Assembly: GCA_964348395.1 (NCBI GenBank)
Contig: CAYGCK010000001.1
Coordinates: 85,018 to 149,017 of the forward strand
DNA: 64,000 bases
Reading direction: 5' to 3'
From: an uncultured Candidatus Saccharibacteria bacterium
GTDB taxonomy: Bacteria > Patescibacteriota > WWE3 > 9FT-COMBO-53-11
The translations under genes were made by a program, and so were the position numbers. Positions within the stretch are counted from its first letter, which is position 1. Each line of letters begins with the position of its first letter. The notes under the pieces were generated by a model. The model ran no database searches. It saw only the letters and a program-made list of their open reading frames with translations, and had not been told where the DNA came from. Shown here in pieces: positions 18,804 to 25,805 of this stretch.

Positions 18804-19007
18804 ATGGAAAAGGAAGAGGAGTCGATAGGGTGGCTCGATGTCTTGGTGGTATGCCGCTTCTTGGGCTTGAGGTGTGAAATCTGGAGTAATTATGCCGCCA
18901 TAGAAGGTGAGGTAATGACAATTGAAGAGGCGAGCTGGTGGCTTGTTCCGAGGATTCTCGCCAAGTTTGGAGGTGCCCAGCCGCGCCGCAAACGCCGCCC
19001 TAAGTGA
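18804..19007 (+). CDS. hypothetical small protein
   Basis: GAGGAGGGAG SD before ATG. Followed by a terminator. Confidence 0.4.
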   Translation: MEKEEESIGWLDVLVVCRFLGLRCEIWSNYAAIEGEVMTIEEASWWLVPRILAKFGGAQPRRKRRPK

Positions 19008-19050
19008 AGCCGAGACTTTTGGTTTTGGGGTTTCGGCTTCTTGCTTTTTT
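19006..19050 (+). terminator. rho-independent terminator
   Basis: GAAGCCGA...UCGGCUUC stem followed by UUGCUUUUUU. Confidence 0.6.
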
Positions 19051-19105
19051 ATATCCGTAGGTTAGAATTACCCCAATTAACCAACCATAAAGAAAGGAGG
19101 GATCG

Positions 19106-19729
19106 ATGAGCGAGAGGGTGGAAAGCGTCCAAAGGGCGTTTGTACCTTGTTCGCCCGATACAGAAAGGGCTTTTTTGGGAACCATTCTTAAAGACCGAGA
19201 CTCGCGGACCGTTCGGCGAATGACGGCTCGAGGCCTCATTTCCGCGGACGATTTCTATGAGCACAGAAACCGCCGCGTCTGGGAGGCCGCGGTGACCTTG
19301 GTTCAGAGGGGCGAGCTCCTCGACCCCATCTTGATGAGAAGGGAGCTTGAGGCATCGGACTCCGCTCTTTTGGATACGGATCCGGGTTATGAATTTTGGA
19401 CCGAGCTCGTCGAGGAGGCCTCGGATTCCCGAGCCCTCGAGGAGTATGCCTATATCATCGGGCAGACCGCCTGGAGGCGTCGGATGATCGTGTTTGCTCA
19501 CGACGTCACAAGAGGGGCGGGGGACAACGTACGCTTTTCTAAGGAACCGCTTGAGCTATGGTTCAACGCTCAGCGGCAACTCAAGAAGCTTCGCCCCAAG
19601 CCTATCGGGCTTGGTTGGTTGGGGTTCGTTTGGCGTTGGTTCGTCGTGAATTGGGGATGGAGGTTGTGGGCGCGGTTCACCCACGTATTCTTCCGACACC
19701 ACTACTCCGACGGATACGACTACTGGTGA
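19106..19729 (+). CDS. DnaB N-terminal-domain-like protein with Trp-rich hydrophobic C-terminal tail (possible truncated helicase relic)
   Basis: Residues about 20-150 align to the DnaB N-terminal helical domain (FLGTILKD.., DDFYEHRNRRVWEAAVTLVQRGELLDPILMRREL, EYAYIIGQTAWRRRMIV). No Walker A or RecA domain follows. The tail is GWLGFVWRWFVVNWGWRLW. Confidence 0.5.
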   Translation: MSERVESVQRAFVPCSPDTERAFLGTILKDRDSRTVRRMTARGLISADDFYEHRNRRVWEAAVTLVQRGELLDPILMRRELEASDSALLDTDPGYEFWTELVEEASDSRALEEYAYIIGQTAWRRRMIVFAHDVTRGAGDNVRFSKEPLELWFNAQRQLKKLRPKPIGLGWLGFVWRWFVVNWGWRLWARFTHVFFRHHYSDGYDYW

Positions 19730-19789
19730 CCAGTTCGAGAAATCGAGCTGGTCTTTCTCTTTTTCTAGGAAAAGGTTAAGATTTAGGCG

Positions 19790-20884
19790 ATGAAAGTCTT
19801 AAAGGTAGCACTGTTTCTGCTTCTTTTTCTCTTTGCAGGTGTGGGGTTTGCTACGGCACAAACCGAAGACGTATCAGCCTGCGTTTATTATTTCTACGGG
19901 GAGGGATGTCCCCACTGCGCCAAGGTTGACCCTGTGCTGGATGAGCTTGAGGATAAGTACCCAAATCTTAAAATTGAGCGCTACGAGGTTTGGTATGACC
20001 GCGGAAACGCCACACTTTTTCAGGAATATAATACCTCTTACGAAGTTCCTCAGCCCTGGGGCGTGCCGACTATTTTTATAGGTGATAAATACTTCGTCGG
20101 GGACGTGCCAATAATCGCGGGTTTGGAAGGGGAGATTCTCGCCAACCCCTCCCTGCTCTGTCCCGGAGAGGAGCCGGAGCCCGCCCCTAAAGAAGGGTTG
20201 GGGGCGCTTCCTTTGGCAACCATAATAGGAGCGGCGGTCGTTGACTCCATCAACCCTTGTGCGATTGCGGTTCTTTTGGTTCTTCTTTCGGCGTTTTTGA
20301 TGAGGGCGGGAAGCAAGAAGCGAGCGCTTGCGGCGGGTCTCGCCTTTACCGCGTCCATTTATACCGCCTACTTCCTCTTTGGGTTGGGACTCTTCTCGGC
20401 CATACATCTCTCGGGCTTTTCCAACATAGTCTACAGAGCGGTGGGAGTATTGGCCATCTTGATTGGACTTTTGAACATAAAGGATTATTTTTGGTACGGC
20501 GGTGGGGGATTTGTGATGGAAATCCCCAGAAGCTGGCGTCATACCCTCAAGGACATACTCCACAAGGCGACTTCGCCCCTGGGGGCGTTTCTGGTGGGGT
20601 TTGTGGTTATCTTGTTTGAGCTTCCCTGCACCGGTGGGCCTTATTTCTTTGTGCTGGGGCTTTTAGCGGATAAAGTTCCCTTGTCCCAAGCTGTGCCGCC
20701 TCTTCTTCTTTACAACGTTTTCTTCGTTCTTCCTCTGCTTTTAATCATCGCTCTAGTTTATCTGGGGTACTCTAGCGTACAGCAAGCAGCTGAGTGGAAA
20801 GAGAGAAATACTCGGCTTTTGCACCTCGTGGGTGGGCTTATTATGATCGCTTTGGGAATTGTGGTTGTTTTGAGGTTGGTTTAG
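19790..20884 (+). CDS. thioredoxin-domain / CcdA (DsbD-family) fusion thiol-disulfide transporter
   Basis: Signal peptide and a thioredoxin CPHC motif. Six-TM CcdA core with both conserved TM cysteines (INPCAIAV, ELPCTGGPYFF). Confidence 0.8.
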   Translation: MKVLKVALFLLLFLFAGVGFATAQTEDVSACVYYFYGEGCPHCAKVDPVLDELEDKYPNLKIERYEVWYDRGNATLFQEYNTSYEVPQPWGVPTIFIGDKYFVGDVPIIAGLEGEILANPSLLCPGEEPEPAPKEGLGALPLATIIGAAVVDSINPCAIAVLLVLLSAFLMRAGSKKRALAAGLAFTASIYTAYFLFGLGLFSAIHLSGFSNIVYRAVGVLAILIGLLNIKDYFWYGGGGFVMEIPRSWRHTLKDILHKATSPLGAFLVGFVVILFELPCTGGPYFFVLGLLADKVPLSQAVPPLLLYNVFFVLPLLLIIALVYLGYSSVQQAAEWKERNTRLLHLVGGLIMIALGIVVVLRLV

Positions 20885-20936
20885 AAAAGAAAAGCTTCAG
20901 CGTAGAGTCACGCTGAAGCTTACACAAAGTCCTCTC

Positions 20937-21254
20937 CTAGAGTAAAGCCAGTTGATGATTGTGCCTTGTCACTACTACGGCACTTGGCTCTATCCAGCCT
21001 CCCATTTCTGGAAAATCCCAACCTAAGTACTGCTGTACTAGGAGACGGGCACGAAGGGATATCTTATCCCTAAGAGCGTTAGGCAAACCGTCCGCCGTGT
21101 AAAGATGGAGTCCGCCGAAGTTGAAGCTCACTTTCACAGCGTTTGGGAAAAGCGGGTCGGTTGACGGATTGATTCTAGTGAAGATTACCGGAAGAGTTAG
21201 ATCCAGCCTCTCATTCTTTAGCTCCACAGCTTCAAGTACCTTCTCGTCGGCCAT
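20937..21254 (-). CDS. hypothetical protein, paralog of 21362..21643
   Basis: Collinear similarity to the neighbour, including the YLGWDFPE...PSAVVVTRHN block. Confidence 0.5.
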   Translation of the reverse strand: MADEKVLEAVELKNERLDLTLPVIFTRINPSTDPLFPNAVKVSFNFGGLHLYTADGLPNALRDKISLRARLLVQQYLGWDFPEMGGWIEPSAVVVTRHNHQLALL

Positions 21255-21361
21255 CTAGCCCTCCTTTCTTTAGGTTTTATTGTTGTGAAAAAGATAGCAC
21301 GAGCTTGGGCTAAAAGAAAGAGCCCCCGGCCGCTTGTGCTGCGGGGGCTTCTCTTGGGTGG

Positions 21362-21643
21362 TTAGTTCTTGTGAACCACCACCGCTTGGGGGGCGATACG
21401 AATGGGCTCTACCTTCTCCCAGTTTAGGTACCGTCTCACAATGTCGCACGCCTTTGTCTCGATTCCCACCTTGTGGGGTAGGAGAGCGTCGGTGCGCAGG
21501 AATTCTGGATTGCTGTGGAAGAGAACGCTCACCTGGTCGTTTCTTCCCGGGTGCGGCAGGATACTTGTGAAGGTTATAACTGTACCGTTAAGCTTGAGAG
21601 TCTCAACGCCCGCAAGTACCACCTCTCCTTTTACGGCTTCCAT
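21362..21643 (-). CDS. hypothetical protein, paralog of 20937..21254
   Basis: YLNWEKVEPIRIAPQAVVVHKN matches the neighbour's C-terminus. Confidence 0.5.
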   Translation of the reverse strand: MEAVKGEVVLAGVETLKLNGTVITFTSILPHPGRNDQVSVLFHSNPEFLRTDALLPHKVGIETKACDIVRRYLNWEKVEPIRIAPQAVVVHKN

Positions 21644-21806
21644 CTTGTCTACCTCCTACTAAGGAAAACGGAGCCGTGTAGGGCTTTGACCCTTGTTGAG
21701 GGGCGCCTCTCTCCCTACCATTTAAGTCTTAATTAAAGTATAACATCGAAAAAAAGAAAGCCACCTCGGAGCGTGAAGCTCAAAGGTGGCTCTTGCGGTC
21801 CGTTGG

Positions 21807-22412
21807 TTATTGGACCTTTCGGCGGCGAATCGCCCAGGCGATAGCACCACCGACTGCCGGCAGACCCAGCGCCGCGATGAAGAACCCCCAACCACCGCCG
21901 GAAGGCGGAATCTCGGGCGGTTCCTTGGGCGTCTTGGTAGGCGTCGGTTCCGGCTCTTCTGGAGTATCCGTGGGCGTTGGAGACGGTCCCTCGGTGGGGG
22001 TCTCCGTCGGTCCCGGTGGAGTCTCCGTGGGTGGCGGCTCCGTCGGTGTCTCCGTCGGCGGTACCGGTGTGTCGGTCGGTGGGACCGGCGTCGCGGTTGC
22101 CTCTGGCATGTGGTACGCCCAGTGACTCAGCTCGCAGTACTGCGGGCCGTCATTGCAGGATCCCTCCTGGCCAAACCCGCCTTCGGGAATGTAGTCGATG
22201 ACCCAATTCCCGGCCTTGAAGCAGTACTCGTCTGCGCCTTCCACTGGGTACTGCGACAGGTCACCGCTGTTGATCTTGGTCCACCCGTTCCCATCGGGAC
22301 AGGTATCCTGGCCGGTTGCCTGTGCCGGCGTTGCGGCGAAGGCAAACAGCGCGAGGGCGACCAAAGATAGACCAACGATGACCGGCAAAACGTTCCACAG
22401 TTTCGGTTTCAT
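21807..22412 (-). CDS. secreted Cys-containing protein with Pro/Thr-rich stalk and C-terminal sorting signal (GGG plus TM plus RRRK)
   Basis: Signal peptide ending AQA and a (TPxP)n linker. The C-terminus is EIPPSGGGWGFFIAALGLPAVGGAIAWAIRRRKVQ. Confidence 0.65.
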   Translation of the reverse strand: MKPKLWNVLPVIVGLSLVALALFAFAATPAQATGQDTCPDGNGWTKINSGDLSQYPVEGADEYCFKAGNWVIDYIPEGGFGQEGSCNDGPQYCELSHWAYHMPEATATPVPPTDTPVPPTETPTEPPPTETPPGPTETPTEGPSPTPTDTPEEPEPTPTKTPKEPPEIPPSGGGWGFFIAALGLPAVGGAIAWAIRRRKVQ

Positions 22413-22447
22413 GCCGTTTCTCCTTTCCTGAGTTTGGTTGGTGGAAC

Positions 22448-23188
22448 TTACGGATGCGGATATGCGGTTAGCTCTTCATACTCCTCCTCCGGCGAGTTGA
22501 CGCGCTCGGCGAAAACTACTAAGCGCTGTCGAGACGTTCCCCAGGGGGTACAGGTCAAGAGCGCAAGCTGGCTTGATCTGACCTCCCGCGCCTCGCGGTC
22601 GTAGGTCTGGAATGTGAGCCAGACCTCGTCCGGGTTTACCACCACCGACCCGATGACCCGAAAGTGCAAGACCTCGATAGTCGAGCGGACGATGATGTCA
22701 TCCCCAACTTCTAGTTTGTCGAGCGAGGTGAAGACCATAGGAACCGGTCCCCATTGCCTCTCGCCCCAGACGAGAGCTACCCCTTCGGCCCCTATATAGC
22801 TAGTCCAGGTCGGGATCCATATCGGATCGTTGCTTTTGCGGATCCACGACATGGAGCCGCTGGTGGTTGTCACCACCTCGGCAACCCTGAGGGGCTCGTC
22901 GAGTCCGATGGCCGGAATCTCGAGCCTCACGTCCCCGTTCACGAGATCCTCCTCAGTCAAATAGACCGGCGTCGGTGTCGGTGTCGGTTCAAGGGCGGGG
23001 AGAGGTGTTGGCACCACATCTAGCGGTGCTAGCTCTTCGGTAGGGATCACCACCGTTTCCCGCTCTTGGGATTCTTGAGCGGTAGGAGTCGGCGGTGGAG
23101 GGGCAGGCACGTCAGCCCTCGAACAAGCGAGGGTGGCGGCCAGAAGTCCAACAAGCGGTAAGAGGAGTACTAAAGGTTTTCCTCTCAT
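22448..23188 (-). CDS. sortase-family transpeptidase (N-terminal signal/lipobox-like anchor)
   Basis: LEIPAIGLDEPL resembles SrtA IEIPDADIKEPV. The active-site block is VVVNPDEVWL...QLALLTCTPWG...RQRLVVFAERV (TLxTC cysteine plus downstream Arg). Confidence 0.7.
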   Translation of the reverse strand: MRGKPLVLLLPLVGLLAATLACSRADVPAPPPPTPTAQESQERETVVIPTEELAPLDVVPTPLPALEPTPTPTPVYLTEEDLVNGDVRLEIPAIGLDEPLRVAEVVTTTSGSMSWIRKSNDPIWIPTWTSYIGAEGVALVWGERQWGPVPMVFTSLDKLEVGDDIIVRSTIEVLHFRVIGSVVVNPDEVWLTFQTYDREAREVRSSQLALLTCTPWGTSRQRLVVFAERVNSPEEEYEELTAYPHP

Positions 23189-23324
23189 ATCTTATCTCCT
23201 TTCATTTGGTTTTTTACGTACTCCTAGAATTATACAGCAAAAACTCAAAAATGCAAAACTATAGGATTGTTCACTGAAGGGGAATTGGGTCAGCCGGAGA
23301 GGCGATAGTAGTTATTATTGGGAT

Positions 23325-23477
23325 TTAGCAGAATTCACAGATTTCGGAGCGCGGGCCTTGGTTTTTCTCGTATTTGTGCTCGAGGGTACCGTCTTGGTTC
23401 TTCTTAAAGGGTTCGTCGGGTTTTATCTCCTCGCCGCAGTTTTTGCAGATTTTTCCCTTTTCTTTTTTGGCTTCCAT
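23325..23477 (-). CDS. 50-aa zinc-ribbon mini-protein (CKNCG...CEFC)
   Basis: Not in the ORF track (under 60 aa). Reads MEAKKEKGKICKNCGEEIKPDEPFKKNQDGTLEHKYEKNQGPRSEICEFC. Confidence 0.3.
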   Translation of the reverse strand: MEAKKEKGKICKNCGEEIKPDEPFKKNQDGTLEHKYEKNQGPRSEICEFC

Positions 23478-23482
23478 AAAAT

Positions 23483-23578
23483 TTAACAAAACTCGCAAAC
23501 CACCGAGCGTTCTTCCTCTTTCTCCCTAGATTCTTTCTTGGGCTTCTCTTGCGGTTTCTTCTTGGTTTCTTTAGCCAT
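23483..23578 (-). CDS. 31-aa Lys/Glu-rich mini-ORF ending CEFC
   Basis: Reads MAKETKKKPQEKPKKESREKEEERSVVCEFC. GGGGAG precedes the ATG. Shares the CEFC-stop ending with the next ORF. Confidence 0.2.
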   Translation of the reverse strand: MAKETKKKPQEKPKKESREKEEERSVVCEFC

Positions 23579-23596
23579 CACTCCCCATACTAGCGA

Positions 23597-24556
23597 TTGG
23601 TGCTTACCGCGTCAAGCTTGAGTTTTACGGATATTATCTGCCATAATGCTCCCGTGAGCAAACGGCTTTTGTTTCTTCTTTTTTTGCTTCTCATTCTGGT
23701 TTTGGGTGGAGGGATCTTCTATTATTTGCGCTTCCTAAGGCCCGGTAGCGAGGGAGAGGTTAGTGAGGAGGAGACCACGCCGCAAGAGTACACCTGCGAT
23801 GGACAGATCTACACCAACGCCCGCCAAGGCTACAAGGTTTGCTATCCGGCGGACTGGCACACGAGGGATTTTGGCTACTCGCAGCTTGGTGTGGGTTTTG
23901 ACCCCTTCCCGATACCGGAAGCAAGCGAGTACGGCGGGATTTTTACCGTAAACGTTTCGAGGCAAGGTAGCGCCGCGGTCTTGACCGACCACCTTGGGGG
24001 GTTGGTTGACCCTACGACCGAGACGGTAACCGTGGACGGGGTAACCGCTATTAAGGTAAGCGGAACTATCCCCTCCGACAATGTGTTTTTCCCCAGCTAC
24101 TTTGAAGTGACGGTGGTGTTTGAGAACTTTGATAGAACCTACGCGATTGACCTTCTCTCCTCCCCGGACAATTACGAGGTAAACATCTTGCAGTTTGAGA
24201 GTTTTGTCGAGAGCTTTATGTTCTTGGACGACGTCTCCTCACCGCCTTGGGGACAGGATATCTTCCTGTTCTCTCCCTGGCCCGCCGACTCGGTATCCGA
24301 ATCGTTCCGCGTTGCTGGCGAGGCCAAGGGGGCGTTTGAGGCAACCATCGTTGCGCGTCTCAAAAACGACGCTGGAGATGTCCTTCTTGAGGAACCCATC
24401 ATATATAACGCGCCGGACGTGGGGGAGCTGGGGTACTTTGATGTGGCCGTTACCTTTGAAACCACGGCCTCGTCCGGGATTTTGGAGGTTTTCCATACGT
24501 CTGCTAAAGACGGCTCGATCGTCGACTTAGTATCGGTACATCTGGATTTCGAGTAA
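23597..24556 (+). CDS. membrane-anchored protein with C-terminal Gmad2-like Ig domain
   Basis: TM LLFLLFLLLILVLGGGIFYYL. The C-terminus (FRVAGEAKGAFEATIVARLKNDAGDVLLEE...VFHTSAKDGSIVDLVSV) fits the Gmad2 pattern. The start codon is uncertain (GTG at about 23657 is possible). Confidence 0.55.
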   Translation: MVLTASSLSFTDIICHNAPVSKRLLFLLFLLLILVLGGGIFYYLRFLRPGSEGEVSEEETTPQEYTCDGQIYTNARQGYKVCYPADWHTRDFGYSQLGVGFDPFPIPEASEYGGIFTVNVSRQGSAAVLTDHLGGLVDPTTETVTVDGVTAIKVSGTIPSDNVFFPSYFEVTVVFENFDRTYAIDLLSSPDNYEVNILQFESFVESFMFLDDVSSPPWGQDIFLFSPWPADSVSESFRVAGEAKGAFEATIVARLKNDAGDVLLEEPIIYNAPDVGELGYFDVAVTFETTASSGILEVFHTSAKDGSIVDLVSVHLDFE

Positions 24557-25248
24557 TGGAGGATAAAAAAGTAAAAACTAAGAAACAACCGGAAACTCAA
24601 CCTCAAACGACGGGTTCCAAGCGGACCTGTCTGACCCTTTTTGGGGGGTTTGCTTTGGGTCTTGTCATTGTCTTTCTCCTTTTTCTGGCGGGTGTGGCTG
24701 TCGCCATAACCTCGACCGGGCTTGTGGAGGTGCCGGTTCTGTCCAGTCTCTTCATGCCGCCCGAGATCACCGAGGACTTCTCTTACCAGGAGGTTCCGTT
24801 GGACGGAATCGAAGAGAAAATTTCTTTTCCCAAAGGAACGGTAGATAGGGTCGACCTAACCCTAACCTCAGACGACGTAAATACCTTTATCAATTCAGAG
24901 CTTGTAGGCGCCGGAACGGCTGCCAAAAGTATAGCGGTTCGGCTCGAGGAGGGGGTTATTAAGGTGAAGGGAGAGGTGACCATCCCCGATATGGCTGCCG
25001 CACAAGACACAACTTTTTATGCGGTTGTGAAGATAAACAAGGAGAAGGACGGTCCTTTGGAACTTGAGATTCAAGAAGCTCGTTTGGGATCCTTGTCGCT
25101 GCCGTCTTTTGTAACCAGCGGTTTGATAAATAGCTTTCTTTCTTCTTCGGGGGTTTCGCTGGAAGAGATTCCGATTGAGGAGATTACCATTACCGAAGGT
25201 AGCGTCCACTTAGGGGGTATCGATCCCTCGGCTTTTGGTGGGGAGTAG
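24556..25248 (+). CDS. membrane-anchored hypothetical protein
   Basis: Start overlaps the upstream stop (TAATG). Single TM helix then a soluble domain. Confidence 0.55.
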   Translation: MEDKKVKTKKQPETQPQTTGSKRTCLTLFGGFALGLVIVFLLFLAGVAVAITSTGLVEVPVLSSLFMPPEITEDFSYQEVPLDGIEEKISFPKGTVDRVDLTLTSDDVNTFINSELVGAGTAAKSIAVRLEEGVIKVKGEVTIPDMAAAQDTTFYAVVKINKEKDGPLELEIQEARLGSLSLPSFVTSGLINSFLSSSGVSLEEIPIEEITITEGSVHLGGIDPSAFGGE

Positions 25249-25316
25249 ACCTCGCCCGCTGGAAGCGGTCTGCGTGCTCACTCTTGACAATTCCAGTAAG
25301 CTTCCTGTAAAGTGAT

Positions 25317-25370
25317 TGCAGTGCCCCTTCAGAGGCTTGTCTTGAGCCTCGCCGAAAGGGCATTTTTGTT
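25317..25370 (+). terminator. rho-independent terminator (nested hairpin plus U tract)
   Basis: GAGGCU-ugucuug-AGCCUC lies inside UGCCCCUU...AAGGGCA, followed by UUUUUGUUG. Confidence 0.5.
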
Positions 25371-25468
25371 GAAACCGTGAGAGGAGGTGAAATCAGTTAA
25401 TCAGTTGTCTGGCGGTCTAGTTGTTTAGTGACTAGATAACCAAAAGACCAGATAACCAAACAACCAAT

Positions 25469-25672
25469 ATGGCTTACAGTCACGTTTCAAAGAAAAGCGG
25501 TCGCACCTACTATCTTCACTCCAAGACCGTAACCCTTAAAAACACCGGAAAACAGCAAACCATCTACTACTTTGCTCCCGATGTTCGCGCAGGCGCCATC
25601 GACTCGGTTCCTGCCGGGATGAAGGTTGAGGAAAACCCCCGCACTGGCCTCCCATATCTTAAGAGGGGATGA
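25469..25672 (+). CDS. hypothetical small protein
   Basis: 67-aa ORF. A/C-rich repeat leader with no SD. Confidence 0.45.
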   Translation: MAYSHVSKKSGRTYYLHSKTVTLKNTGKQQTIYYFAPDVRAGAIDSVPAGMKVEENPRTGLPYLKRG

Positions 25673-25805
25673 TAATCCCTTTAATGCGGGGCTTAATAGT
25701 TTAGGGTGGGCTGCCCTGTTCAAGCGCATTTACCCGACCTTTATTTGAGAACCTTATGGTTCGTGGGTAGAGCCTTAAGCAGGGCAGCTCATCGGTGGAA
25801 ACTTA

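Noticed and set aside
22448-22520. Lipoprotein lipobox in the sortase N-terminus (AATLAC)
   Set aside because: Cys is preceded by T-L-A rather than the canonical L-[AS]-[GA]. It may simply be a signal anchor, so no lipoprotein call was made.
25283-25312. TTGACA-16-TGtAAAGT as the promoter for the 25469 gene
   Set aside because: The predicted TSS falls inside the following terminator hairpin, so the hexamers may be fortuitous. It is retained only as a note in a finding.
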